A program made the position numbers and the translations under genes. Below the pieces are notes generated by a model that was given only the letters and a program-made list of their open reading frames with translations, was not told where the DNA came from and did no database searches. Of a stretch of 64,000 bases of DNA, positions 1 to 8,992 are shown piece by piece (within the stretch, counting starts at the first letter, position 1; every line of letters starts with the position of its first letter). The stretch comes from Deinococcales bacterium. GTDB lineage: Bacteria > Deinococcota > Deinococci > Deinococcales > JAAFIG01. The stretch lies in assembly GCA_031414595.1 (NCBI GenBank), contig JANNVX010000064.1, positions 23,519 through 87,518 on the forward strand, given 5' to 3'.

Positions 1-1507
1 TACCCGTATACTCGAGTAATAATTTCTCGAGAGCAGCAATTGCATCAGTATCCAGATTATTGGTGGGTTCATCCAAAATCAGCAATGAAGCTCGAGTGAC
101 CGATAACCGCGCTAAGGTTAAACGGGTGCGTTGCCCACCAGATAAAGTAGCAATGACTCGGGATGGTTCTTTGGGCAACCTTAAACTCGCCAGCAACGCA
201 TAGATTTCCTTGGTTTGCAAATGCGGATTAGCAGACAGCAGCGCCTCTTCAAGGGTGATGAATTCGTTGATTTCCTCAGTGTTCTGGGCTGCCCAGTAGA
301 CAGTCACATTCTGCCCGAAAGTCACATTGCCCGTAAACCCGAGTTGCCCTAGAATGGCTTTGATTAAGCTGCTCTTACCACCACCATTTGCTCCGACCAA
401 CGCAACTTTTTCACCACGTCCAATAAATAAATTAACCTTCTCGAGAATTATTTTTTCATCACGCTGCACCGTCACACCCTCGAGCTTAAGAACTTCAAAC
501 GCACCGACTGGCACAGCATCCAACTGAATTTTGGTCAAAAAACCATCTTCAAAAGGCTTCTCGAGTTCGCCCATGTGTTCAATGCGTTTCTCGAGTGCCA
601 GCGCACGTTTGCCTTGCTTATGCGACGCTCGGTTCATCAAATGAAAGGCAGTGGTGGCATCACGGCTTCCCACTCGGTGCTTATTTTCGCTTCTCGAGGC
701 TTGGGCAATGGCGGCTTGGCGCTCAAGGGCTAATTGTTTGATTTTACGTTCATGATTTTCAAACGCCAGCAATTGGTTTTCTCGAATGGCTTTTTTAAGC
801 GCCATTGCTTGGCTAAAATTCCCTTCGTACAAGCTGACTTTTTGCCGCTCGAGTTCATAACAACGCGTCACTGTCGCATCTAAAAAAGCCCTGTCGTGCG
901 AAACAATCATAAAACCCGCGTCAGAAGCTAAAATCCAATGCTCAAGCCAAGTTAAACTGTCTAAATCCAAGTGATTGGTTGGTTCATCCAACAAGTAAAA
1001 ATCGGCTGGCTGAATCAGTAACCGAGCCAGTAATGCGCGGCGTTCCTGCCCACCAGAAAGCGCGATACTCGAGCCTGAGCCTTCTAAACCCAGTCCAGCC
1101 AAGATTTCCTCAGCCCGAATTTCAAGGTCGTAGCCACCCGCAATTCTAAATTCTTCTTCTAGCAGTGCGTACTCGGTAAGATGCTCAGGGCTTGGATTCT
1201 CGAGGGCGACTTGGGCTGCCTCGAGTTTATGTTTCAAATCTTTAAGCGCATCGGGCAACACCACATCACGCAGCGCACCTGTCTCGAGGGTCGTGCGTTG
1301 TGCGAGATACGCCACTCGCCCAGTCAATGTCACTGTGCCAGTATCAGGTGGCTCAAAACCAGCCAGAATTTTGAGCAGCGTGGTTTTACCACTGCCATTA
1401 CGACCCAGCAGCGCAACCCGTTCGCCCATCTGTAACTCGAGGGCGACATCATCAAAAATTAAATTGTCTGCAAAGCGCTTTTGCGCTCCACGCATGATTA
1501 AGCTCAC
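1..1507 (-). CDS. ABC-F family ATPase (ribosome-associated, ARE-like), runs off the left edge
   Basis: Manual minus-strand translation from GTG 1507 (GGAGG RBS): two ABC domains with GRNGSGKT / GANGGGKS Walker A, LSGGQ signatures, LLDEPTNHLD / ILDEPTNNLD, helical linker, no TM segments. Missing from the ORF track because the stop lies outside the window. Confidence 0.92.
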   Translation of the reverse strand, partial: MSLIMRGAQKRFADNLIFDDVALELQMGERVALLGRNGSGKTTLLKILAGFEPPDTGTVTLTGRVAYLAQRTTLETGALRDVVLPDALKDLKHKLEAAQVALENPSPEHLTEYALLEEEFRIAGGYDLEIRAEEILAGLGLEGSGSSIALSGGQERRALLARLLIQPADFYLLDEPTNHLDLDSLTWLEHWILASDAGFMIVSHDRAFLDATVTRCYELERQKVSLYEGNFSQAMALKKAIRENQLLAFENHERKIKQLALERQAAIAQASRSENKHRVGSRDATTAFHLMNRASHKQGKRALALEKRIEHMGELEKPFEDGFLTKIQLDAVPVGAFEVLKLEGVTVQRDEKIILEKVNLFIGRGEKVALVGANGGGKSSLIKAILGQLGFTGNVTFGQNVTVYWAAQNTEEINEFITLEEALLSANPHLQTKEIYALLASLRLPKEPSRVIATLSGGQRTRLTLARLSVTRASLLILDEPTNNLDTDAIAALEKLLLEYTG

Positions 1508-1552
1508 GTGAACCTCCAAGAAAAAAGGGTGAAGACCTCTTGCCTATGGTGA

Positions 1553-1570
1553 TTAACGCAAACGTGTCAT
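1553..1570 (-). CDS. Putative leader peptide MTRLR* upstream of the ABC-F gene
   Basis: AAAGGA-N7-ATG ACA CGT TTG CGT TAA on the minus strand; ends in the R-L-R (+X+) motif. Confidence 0.6.
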   Translation of the reverse strand: MTRLR

Positions 1571-1634
1571 GCAGTAGTCCTTTGAAATAATTAAAGCCGT
1601 TGACTCGAGCCAATTCTCGAGGGAGTGGTTTAGA

Positions 1635-1661
1635 TTAACCCAAAATGTGCAGTAAAATCAT
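1635..1661 (-). CDS. Possible second upstream [11 protein letters not shown]
   Basis: ATG ATT TTA CTG CAC ATT TTG GGT TAA; shares TACTGCA...TTAATC blocks with the MTRLR region; weak RBS. Confidence 0.3.
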   Translation of the reverse strand: MILLHILG

Positions 1662-1710
1662 TACGAAAAATGGCGTATCTCTCACCCGGATTTTTGTTAG
1701 CATACGCGGC

Positions 1711-2205
1711 GTGAATCCGCTTGTTGGCATTATCATGGGCAGCCAATCCGACTTAGAAACTATGCAGCACACGGCGAATACCTTGCGTGACCTCGAGATA
1801 CCTTTTGAAATGCGAATTGTTAGCGCTCATCGCACCCCAGATTTACTTTTTGAATACGCCAAAAGCGCCGAGGCTCGAGGGCTTGAAGTGATTATCGCGG
1901 GGGCAGGCGGCGCAGCACATTTACCCGGAATGGCAGCCAGTCAAACCGTACTGCCCGTACTTGGCGTACCCGTACAAAGTAAAGCCCTAAACGGCTTAGA
2001 TAGCTTACTGAGCATTGTGCAAATGCCGGCTGGAATTCCAGTGGCAACGCTGGCGATTGGCAACGCTGGTGCTGTCAATGCGGCACTTTTAGCTGCCGCC
2101 ATCCTAGGCAATAAATACCCAGAAACTCGAGAGAAGCTGCGTTCTTGGCGTGAAAAACAAACAAAAACAGTTCTCGAGAACAGCCAACTCGAGGGCAATT
2201 CATGA
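1711..2205 (+). CDS. purE: N5-carboxyaminoimidazole ribonucleotide mutase
   Basis: [43 protein letters not shown] start 7 nt after TAGCAT. Confidence 0.97.
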   Translation: MNPLVGIIMGSQSDLETMQHTANTLRDLEIPFEMRIVSAHRTPDLLFEYAKSAEARGLEVIIAGAGGAAHLPGMAASQTVLPVLGVPVQSKALNGLDSLLSIVQMPAGIPVATLAIGNAGAVNAALLAAAILGNKYPETREKLRSWREKQTKTVLENSQLEGNS

Positions 2206-3302
2206 TTCCGCCCGGAAGCACGATTGGCATTTTGGGTGGTGGGCAACTGGCGCGAATGCTGGCGCTGGCAGCCAGACCAATGGGATATAACGTCGTGGTA
2301 CTCGACCCAGACCCAGACTGCCCAGCTTCTGGTGTGGTGGACGAAGTGATTGTTGGTGCATTTGACAGCCCGAATGCCTATGCACAACTGGCTCAGGTCT
2401 GTGATGTGGTGACTTTAGAGTTTGAGAATATCCCATCAGAACACCTCAAAGCCCTCGAGCAAACCGTACCGTTGCGCCCAAACCGCAAAGTTCTTGAACG
2501 CAGCCGAGACCGACTGCTCGAGAAGAGCTTTATTACCAAAGCCGGTGTGCGTTGCGCTCCATTCCAAGCAATTTATGCCAGCAGCGACCTAGTAGCAGCC
2601 AGATACCCCGCAATTCTCAAAACTGCCACGTTAGGTTATGACGGCAAAGGACAAGCTAAGGTCTACACCCAACTCGAGGCAGTCAAGGCTTTTGAGCGCT
2701 TTGGCAGTGTGCCATGTGTTTTAGAAGGTATTATAGATTTTTTTCTCGAGATTAGCGTGATTGTGGCACGCTCAAGTACCCAAACCAAATGTTTTCCAGT
2801 CTTTGAAAACCAGCATCAGAACGGAATTTTGGACATCACCCTAGTGCCGGCTCGGATTCCAGAAGAAACCGCCGAAAAAGCCAAAGAAATTGCTATTAAA
2901 CTTGCCAATGCCCTCGAGTTACATGGATTGCTCTGCGTTGAAATGTTTGTCACCAACAACCAACAAATTCTGGTCAATGAGATTGCACCAAGACCACACA
3001 ACTCTGGGCATGTGACAATCGAAGCCTGTCAAACCAGTCAATTTGAACAAGCCGTGCGTGCCGTCTGCGATTTACCACTTGGCAGCACCGAATTACACTC
3101 GAGTGGCGCAATGGCGAACTTACTTGGTGAACACATCTCCCCAACTGCCAACTTTGGTGCAGCGCTCGAGACTGGGGCAAAACTGCACTTGTACCAAAAG
3201 CGCGAAGCTCGAGCAGGGCGCAAGATGGGGCATTTAACCGCGCTTGGTGAAGATGCTTTTGAAAAAGTTAAAGCGGCTCGAGCAGTGCTTAAAGAAACAT
3301 AA
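2202..3302 (+). CDS. purK: N5-carboxyaminoimidazole ribonucleotide synthase
   Basis: [41 protein letters not shown] overlap with purE. Confidence 0.97.
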   Translation: MIPPGSTIGILGGGQLARMLALAARPMGYNVVVLDPDPDCPASGVVDEVIVGAFDSPNAYAQLAQVCDVVTLEFENIPSEHLKALEQTVPLRPNRKVLERSRDRLLEKSFITKAGVRCAPFQAIYASSDLVAARYPAILKTATLGYDGKGQAKVYTQLEAVKAFERFGSVPCVLEGIIDFFLEISVIVARSSTQTKCFPVFENQHQNGILDITLVPARIPEETAEKAKEIAIKLANALELHGLLCVEMFVTNNQQILVNEIAPRPHNSGHVTIEACQTSQFEQAVRAVCDLPLGSTELHSSGAMANLLGEHISPTANFGAALETGAKLHLYQKREARAGRKMGHLTALGEDAFEKVKAARAVLKET

Positions 3303-3305
3303 ACC

Positions 3306-3400
3306 ATGCTTGAAGAACGTGCTAAGCGGGGTTCTCGAGAAAAGTTCTTAACTGCCTCGCAAGCCATGCCAAATGTTGCCCAAACCCAGAAGATATGTAA
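3306..3400 (+). pseudogene. Relic C-terminal fragment of a small RHH/HicB-like antitoxin
   Basis: LEERAKRGSREKFL..MPNV resembles the tail of small antitoxins that accompany PIN toxins (recognised from memory); no N-terminal DNA-binding part; apparent frameshift. Confidence 0.4.
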
Positions 3401-3418
3401 TTGCTGTACAATTGAGCC

Positions 3419-3661
3419 ATGAACTTAGACCTACCCAGCAAAACAGCCAAAACCCTCGAGCAACTGAGGCGTTCGCTTGGCACGACCAGAGAGGAAGCCA
3501 TTGACCGCGCCTTGAATTCTTATCTGGACGACATCAAAATGGAACGGGTTTTGACTGTCCCAAATCCTCGGACTAAAGACATGACCGAAGATGATGTTTA
3601 TGAAGTTGCCAATGCTGCCATAAAACGCGCTCGAGCCGAAAAGCGTGAGAAGAAACGGTGA
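3419..3661 (+). CDS. Ribbon-helix-helix antitoxin
   Basis: 80 aa, RHH-like N-terminus, GTGA overlap with PIN toxin, TACAAT 6 nt upstream. Confidence 0.75.
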   Translation: MNLDLPSKTAKTLEQLRRSLGTTREEAIDRALNSYLDDIKMERVLTVPNPRTKDMTEDDVYEVANAAIKRARAEKREKKR

Positions 3662-4086
3662 GGGTGGTTTTAGACACCAATATCTGGGTGGCTGGGGCAG
3701 CTAGACCCGAAGGCGTAACAGGCGCAATTCTATTTGCTTGGTTCAAAGAAAGGCGTTTTACACTACTCACTTCTAAAAGCCAACTCGAGGAATTCAAGAC
3801 CGTTACCAAGTATGCCCAAGTCAAAAAGATTCTTGGTAAGAACGAAGCTGGGGCATTGGTTAATCGAGTTAAGAAATTAGCTGAGTTTGTATCAGTCCGA
3901 GGCATTAAGAAAATTAGTCCAGACCCTGACGATGACTTTATTATTGCCATTGCCACCCAAGGCAAAGCCAATCATCTGGTCTCGAGAAACAAAATAGATT
4001 TACTCGACTTGGGTGTGATTGAGAATGTCCGAATGGTTACGCCCGAGCAGTTCCTACGATTTCTGCGGCGTGGTCGCTTGAACTGA
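3658..4086 (+). CDS. PIN-domain toxin (putative TA toxin component)
   Basis: MRVVLDTNIWV, DPDDDFIIAIA, LVSRN..DLL, VTPEQFL. Confidence 0.9.
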   Translation: MRVVLDTNIWVAGAARPEGVTGAILFAWFKERRFTLLTSKSQLEEFKTVTKYAQVKKILGKNEAGALVNRVKKLAEFVSVRGIKKISPDPDDDFIIAIATQGKANHLVSRNKIDLLDLGVIENVRMVTPEQFLRFLRRGRLN

Positions 4087-4130
4087 GTCCATAAACCGTA
4101 AATCTTTTTCGGGTTGGTCACTACGCCAAA

Positions 4131-4174
4131 CTGATTTCTCTAGGTGCAGTGACCTAGAGAAATCAGCTGTTTTT
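4131..4174 (+). terminator. Intrinsic terminator after the PIN TA pair
   Basis: 15-bp perfect stem CTGATTTCTCTAGGT/ACCTAGAGAAATCAG followed by a T-run. Confidence 0.65.
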
Positions 4175-4344
4175 GCAAAAGTACAAAATCTGGCTGACCA
4201 TCTGACGAGGTAATAAAAATGCGCCACTTCTGGGCGCTGATAAAAACAAGCATACAGCAATATGCACAAACTGTCAAATTTATGCACTCGAGTCGTTGTA
4301 AACGGTACATATATCAACTCGAGTCGTTGTGAATTCCTTTCGAC

Positions 4345-4388
4345 TTGACAAAATGAGAGACCTAGGATTACGATGTCGCTATCCTAGG
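4345..4388 (+). promoter_or_regulatory. Sigma70-type promoter with overlapping inverted repeat (candidate PadR operator)
   Basis: TTGACA 4345-4350, 18-nt spacer, TACGAT 4369-4374; CCTAGGAT-N12-ATCCTAGG 4361-4388. Confidence 0.55.
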
Positions 4389-4439
4389 ACAAACTCGAGA
4401 AGCGCCAAACGCAGCCACTCGAGAAACGAGGTACAACCC

Positions 4440-4766
4440 ATGAATCCAAACCTCTTAAAAGGCAACCTCGACCTGATTTTATTAGCGATTATTGAACCAG
4501 AACCGATTTACGGTGGAGAAATCACCCGCGAGGCTTCTGAACGCACCAATGGCTACTTTGACTTTAAGGAAGGCACACTCTACCCAGCCCTGCACCGACT
4601 CGAGAAAAGCGGTTTTATAAGCGGCTCATTCCAATACCTTCCACGCGGTGGAAGCCCCGTAAAATTCTACGAACTGACCGAAAGCGGCAAAAAAGAACTC
4701 AGCCAAAAACGCCGCGAGCAGCAAGCCTTCGACCAAGCCCTGGATGCACTACTGGGAAAACCATGA
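4440..4766 (+). CDS. PadR family transcriptional regulator
   Basis: LLKGNLDLILL, YGGEI, EGTLYPALHRLEKSG, YELTESGK; GAGGT RBS. Confidence 0.93.
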   Translation: MNPNLLKGNLDLILLAIIEPEPIYGGEITREASERTNGYFDFKEGTLYPALHRLEKSGFISGSFQYLPRGGSPVKFYELTESGKKELSQKRREQQAFDQALDALLGKP

Positions 4767-5962
4767 AGCCCCTCGAGCAGTACCTTTCTCGAGCCACACG
4801 CGGGCTTTACGGCGCTAAAAAACTCGAGATACAAGCCGAACTTCGCGGCAGTATTGAAGCGCGAATCTGGCAACTCGAGAGACAAGGTAACGCCAACGCC
4901 CTCGAGACGGCGCTTAGTGAAATGGGTGAAGCCAAAACAATCAATGCTGGTCTTTTTAAGGAGCATCTCATGCCAATTATTTCCAAAGCAGTATTTGTAA
5001 TTATTGCCGCTACAGCCCTGACCATCACCACACTCTCGAGTAGCCAAGCCCAAGTTGGATGGGCAACAGCGCAAGATGAATACCTCAAAAATTCTGGTTT
5101 TCACGATATTTTTGTCAACATCAGCGACTTAAAATCCTCCTTTGAAAAAGCAGGGGCAGTTGTGACTGAAAATATGGCTGAGCCAAAAAAATACACCTAT
5201 AGCGGCTTAATGTTCTCCATATCACCAAGACTCAATTGGGATGAAACATTGCCAGTCCGAACATTAGATATTCAGTTGCCAAATTCTGAGCAAAAAATTC
5301 AACTTCAAGCCCTCGCTAAATTCAGTTTGAACTCCGAAGAAAAAATTGCCACCACACCAGAGGAAGCCGCCTTTATTTCTTACAATTACATGATTGACCA
5401 ATTCAAAGCCACAAAATTGCCTGTTCGTTTTGAAGGTTGGCAAACACCAAAAATTCAAGTTGGTGATTTTTCTTTCACTTTAGAAAAAACAGGTAGCTCG
5501 CCTCGACCCGAAATGCAATACCTTCAAATTTTTTTCAAATGGTGGCTTTTGGATGGTGATAGACCAGGCATACGCAACCGACTGAATGCCAGACTTTCTA
5601 CTTCTGGTTTATCAAGCGACGCTTACCGCCATGCCATACGCACTAATGACCCAGCCAATACAGTCTATACCATTGTCAGCAGCGAAGGCGGATTTCGCTC
5701 GGCGGCTGGTGTAACCGAAGCACAAACCACCCTCACCTTGGCTCGAACCAATGCCCAAGGGATTCTCGAGTTCACTGCACCATACAGAATTCTACAATTC
5801 GGAAAGAATCCTTTGCTCGAGAAAAATGTACCAAGCGTTGCAGGTACAGAAAAAAATCCCGCCCAAGCACTTTTGCTTAAGTTCACAGGGCGTTTAGATG
5901 CTGCTGCAAAACCCGTAGAAATTGTCTTGCCCAGCAAAACAAAAATTGCTGCCCTCAAATAA
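4763..5962 (+). CDS. PadR-associated single-TM protein with permease-prefix (HAAS-like) N-terminal domain
   Basis: LEQYLSRATRGL..EIQAELRGSIE..ALSEMGEAKTI, one TM helix, large soluble domain; ATGA overlap with PadR. Confidence 0.7.
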   Translation: MKPLEQYLSRATRGLYGAKKLEIQAELRGSIEARIWQLERQGNANALETALSEMGEAKTINAGLFKEHLMPIISKAVFVIIAATALTITTLSSSQAQVGWATAQDEYLKNSGFHDIFVNISDLKSSFEKAGAVVTENMAEPKKYTYSGLMFSISPRLNWDETLPVRTLDIQLPNSEQKIQLQALAKFSLNSEEKIATTPEEAAFISYNYMIDQFKATKLPVRFEGWQTPKIQVGDFSFTLEKTGSSPRPEMQYLQIFFKWWLLDGDRPGIRNRLNARLSTSGLSSDAYRHAIRTNDPANTVYTIVSSEGGFRSAAGVTEAQTTLTLARTNAQGILEFTAPYRILQFGKNPLLEKNVPSVAGTEKNPAQALLLKFTGRLDAAAKPVEIVLPSKTKIAALK

Positions 5963-5989
5963 ACCTTGGCTCGAGTTTAATCGCTCGAG
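5942..5989 (+). repeat. 48-bp direct repeat, left copy (partner 6708-6755)
   Basis: aaaattgc(t/a)gccctcaaataaaccttggctcgagtttaatcgctcgag, one mismatch. Confidence 0.9.
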
Positions 5990-6081
5990 TCACACGCGAT
6001 TTGTGTGGTGCTAAAAACTTGAAGTACAAGCCAATCTCGAGTTTGGCACGCAGATACAGAATTCTCGAGTTTGGTCAGGAT

Positions 6082-6357
6082 TCAAGCGGCTTTTCGCCTT
6101 TTGTATGATTTTTTCCCGTAGGCATCGCCACGCTTTTCGATTAAATAAACATCAATCACCGAATCTGACATCGTGAACTCAGCACGATAACCACCAACCC
6201 GAAGCCGATAACAACCACGCGAACCCGAGATGGGTTTAACATCACCACTTCCAGTTTCAGATAAAATTGCAAAAGCCAGTAAAATCGCTTCGTTGAATCG
6301 AGCATCCAAAGAGCGCATGTCTTTAATTGCGGAAGCACGAAACTCGAGTTTTTTCAC
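6082..6357 (-). CDS. RelE/ParE family toxin
   Basis: 91 aa basic protein, GDVKPISG..YRLRVGGYR..IEKRGDAY. Confidence 0.9.
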   Translation of the reverse strand: MKKLEFRASAIKDMRSLDARFNEAILLAFAILSETGSGDVKPISGSRGCYRLRVGGYRAEFTMSDSVIDVYLIEKRGDAYGKKSYKRRKAA

Positions 6358-6611
6358 ACTAAACCTAGGGCTTTACGGGTTTGTGCCAAACTATAACGTT
6401 TATCCGACTGAGAAGACTTTAGACGCGCCTTAGAACGACGTAAAGCAGTGGGGGACAAAACTTCGGCATCGGTTTTCAAAGCAGTTACTTTCTTTTTATC
6501 AACAACTTTTTGCAATGCTAAATCTAGGGCACCGCGTAAAGTAATTTGGTGTTCACGACGAAGCAGTTCAAGGGTTTCAAATTGGGCATTGGTTACTTCA
6601 ATGGTTTTCAT
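6354..6611 (-). CDS. Antitoxin of the RelE module
   Basis: 85 aa from ATG 6611 (TACACT 6 nt upstream), C-terminal YSLAQTRKALGL, 4-nt overlap with the toxin. Confidence 0.7.
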   Translation of the reverse strand: MKTIEVTNAQFETLELLRREHQITLRGALDLALQKVVDKKKVTALKTDAEVLSPTALRRSKARLKSSQSDKRYSLAQTRKALGLV

Positions 6612-6707
6612 GTCTCGAGTGTACAGATATGAAGTGTTTATTTCAACTTTGCCACCCGTTGGCACACACCCACGCTGAGCAACCCGTTTTTTGGTCTTTG
6701 TCTTACC

Positions 6708-6767
6708 AAAATTGCAGCCCTCAAATAAACCTTGGCTCGAGTTTAATCGCTCGAGCCAAGGTTTATT
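6708..6767 (+). repeat. Right copy of the 48-bp repeat, continuing into an intact 18-bp hairpin (terminator-like)
   Basis: AATAAACCTTGGCTCGAG-tttaatcg-CTCGAGCCAAGGTTTATT 6724-6767. Confidence 0.85.
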
Positions 6768-6885
6768 AATGCCGGTTCGCACCATTGCCTGACTTCAAGG
6801 CTAATCGGCAATCACAGCAAAAGAATTTTTCACACCCGTAGTTTGCCTCGAGTACCGCAAAAAGTCTTTGACCTAGGTCAAAATC

Positions 6886-8925
6886 CTAAGCCAAGACTTC
6901 CCGAGCCACGGGTAACTCGAGAATAAAGGTACTGCCTTGCCCAACAACACTGGTGGCTCTGACCTGCCCATTCATGCGCTGCATCAGTTCTCGCACCACC
7001 GCTAAACCCAATCCAGCCCCGCCAGTGGCTCTGGCTCGAGCTGGGTCGGAGCGGTAAAAAGGTTCAAAAATTCGCGCCAAATCTTCGGGTTCGATGCCCA
7101 TGCCCGTGTCCTCGATAGTTAATTCAACAAAATCCACTCTGGCTCGGGCGGCAATTCGCACAATGCCCCATTCAGGGGTGTAGCGAATCGCATTGACCAT
7201 TAAATTGCGTAGCACCTGCTCGAGTCGTTCGCGGTCGGCTTGAATCGGCAAGATTCGTTCTGGAACATCGTTAAGTAAGGTTAAATTACTGACCTTCGCG
7301 AGAGGTGCAAAACTCTCGAAGAGTTGCGAAACCAATTCTGGTAATGCCACCACCGTGGGTTGAAACTCGAGTTGTTCAAGGTCGGCTCGAGACAAAGCAA
7401 ATAAATCTTCGACCAGACGCTCTAAACGTTGAACTTCGCTTAAAAGTGCTTGGGGGGCAATCGTTTCGCCACGCAATTCGGCACTCTCGAGCCGCGCCCG
7501 CAGCACCGCAATTGGGGTACGAAGTTCATGCGAAGCATTGGCAGTTAAGCCTTTTTTGGCTTCCAAAACACTTTCGACATTTTGTTTCTCGCGGCGAAGC
7601 GCCAGCACATTGCCCTCGAGCCGCGTTGCCATTTTATTAAAAGTTTGCGATAAACGCGCCACTTCATCCTCGCCGTCTATGTGAACCCGAGCCTCGAGTT
7701 GACCACCTTCTAGGGCTTGCACCCCTTTGAGCAATTGCTCGAGCGGACGGGTCAGACGCAAACTAACGGCGTAACCCAAAAACCCCAATCCCAGAAAAAA
7801 AGCCAAAAAAGATTGCGAAAGCGTATCTAAGGCATTGCTAAAATCCGAACTGATTTGGGCTGCAATATCGCCCGGTGGACTAGAATTTTGGGTGCTTTGT
7901 ACCACGCCAAGCACCACATTGGAGACTTTAGGGTCTTGAGAAATGGCTGGACAACCGGCAATCACTTCTAAACCAATCACCAACGCCCGACAACGCCCAT
8001 TTGCAGTGGTGACTAAAATTTCTTTCCACGGCGCAAGTTCTGGGGTTTCAAAACCATCCCCTTCCGAAAAACGATCAACTCGGTTAGACCCTAAGACTTT
8101 ACCTGTCGAATCAATTAAAAGTGCAATCCGCCGAGCATCATTAGAAGGTTCGTTGTCCTCGAGTAGACTGGATTTACGGGTATCAACACCACCCTCTAAA
8201 ACAGTAAACAAACGTTTTAACTGCTTTTCGTCAGACCCACTGCTCAGCGCCCCTTGAAAGGCTTTGGCAAGCTCAGTCGCATCGCGCAGCGCATCGCTGG
8301 TTAAACGAGCGCTAGGGTCGCGCACCAAAGTAAGCACACCGGGTAAAATTGCCACCACGCTGGCGGCAAAAACCCCACCAAACAGCGCCAAGGCGGTTAA
8401 ACGCCAACGCAAATTGCGCCGTCCTTCAAGCCAAACTTCTCTAATTGCAAAAACAAAGGCAAAACGCAAAAAGGTAATCACCATCAAGGCTTCAAACGGC
8501 ACACGGGCAGGTTCAGGGGCAATAATCGCTTGCAGTGCAAAAAAAGTTCGGGTGGGGGCTAAAAAATTAACCAGAATCACATTGGCGATACAAAACCCAA
8601 AACCCAAAAACAAGCCAAAAAAAGCCACCCGTACAACCCGCCACCACCACATTGTCTCCTCGAGCCGAGAAAGCCGCAGCACCGCCCAGAACCATAAAAT
8701 ATGTTCACTCAGTAACGCCCAGAGTTCTGCCCAAGGCGCAGCCACACCGACCCGAGTCAGCACCACCGCCAACCCACGAAAAAATAAGGCAAGCCACAAC
8801 GCCTCAAGCAGAGCTACCCAAAAAGACCTCGAGTAAACCATCCAATACGAAACACGGCGTTCCTCGGCATCCACCCGAGGCGAGCCAATAAAAACCCGCC
8901 AGCGTTCATCCCTTGAGTAATCCAT
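6886..8925 (-). CDS. Membrane sensor histidine kinase (HAMP-HisKA-HATPase)
   Basis: HAMP, SHELRTP H-box, NLMVNAIRY, DTGMGI, GGAGLGL; multi-TM N-terminus. Confidence 0.95.
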   Translation of the reverse strand: MDYSRDERWRVFIGSPRVDAEERRVSYWMVYSRSFWVALLEALWLALFFRGLAVVLTRVGVAAPWAELWALLSEHILWFWAVLRLSRLEETMWWWRVVRVAFFGLFLGFGFCIANVILVNFLAPTRTFFALQAIIAPEPARVPFEALMVITFLRFAFVFAIREVWLEGRRNLRWRLTALALFGGVFAASVVAILPGVLTLVRDPSARLTSDALRDATELAKAFQGALSSGSDEKQLKRLFTVLEGGVDTRKSSLLEDNEPSNDARRIALLIDSTGKVLGSNRVDRFSEGDGFETPELAPWKEILVTTANGRCRALVIGLEVIAGCPAISQDPKVSNVVLGVVQSTQNSSPPGDIAAQISSDFSNALDTLSQSFLAFFLGLGFLGYAVSLRLTRPLEQLLKGVQALEGGQLEARVHIDGEDEVARLSQTFNKMATRLEGNVLALRREKQNVESVLEAKKGLTANASHELRTPIAVLRARLESAELRGETIAPQALLSEVQRLERLVEDLFALSRADLEQLEFQPTVVALPELVSQLFESFAPLAKVSNLTLLNDVPERILPIQADRERLEQVLRNLMVNAIRYTPEWGIVRIAARARVDFVELTIEDTGMGIEPEDLARIFEPFYRSDPARARATGGAGLGLAVVRELMQRMNGQVRATSVVGQGSTFILELPVAREVLA

Positions 8926-8936
8926 AGGGCATTATA

Positions 8937-8992
8937 GGCGAAGGGCAAAAGGCAAAGGGCGAAGGTTTTACTTTTGCCCTTCGCCCTTTTTT
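8937..8992. repeat. Heptamer tandem repeat (GGCRAAR x4) with inverted partner forming a hairpin
   Basis: ggcgaag ggcaaaa ggcaaag ggcgaag ... cttttgcccttcgcccttttt. Confidence 0.7.

Noticed and set aside
8264-8836. Lys-rich 190-aa ORF and the many other antisense/overlapping ORFs in the track
   Set aside because: Shadows of well-supported genes on the opposite strand; no motifs or start signals.
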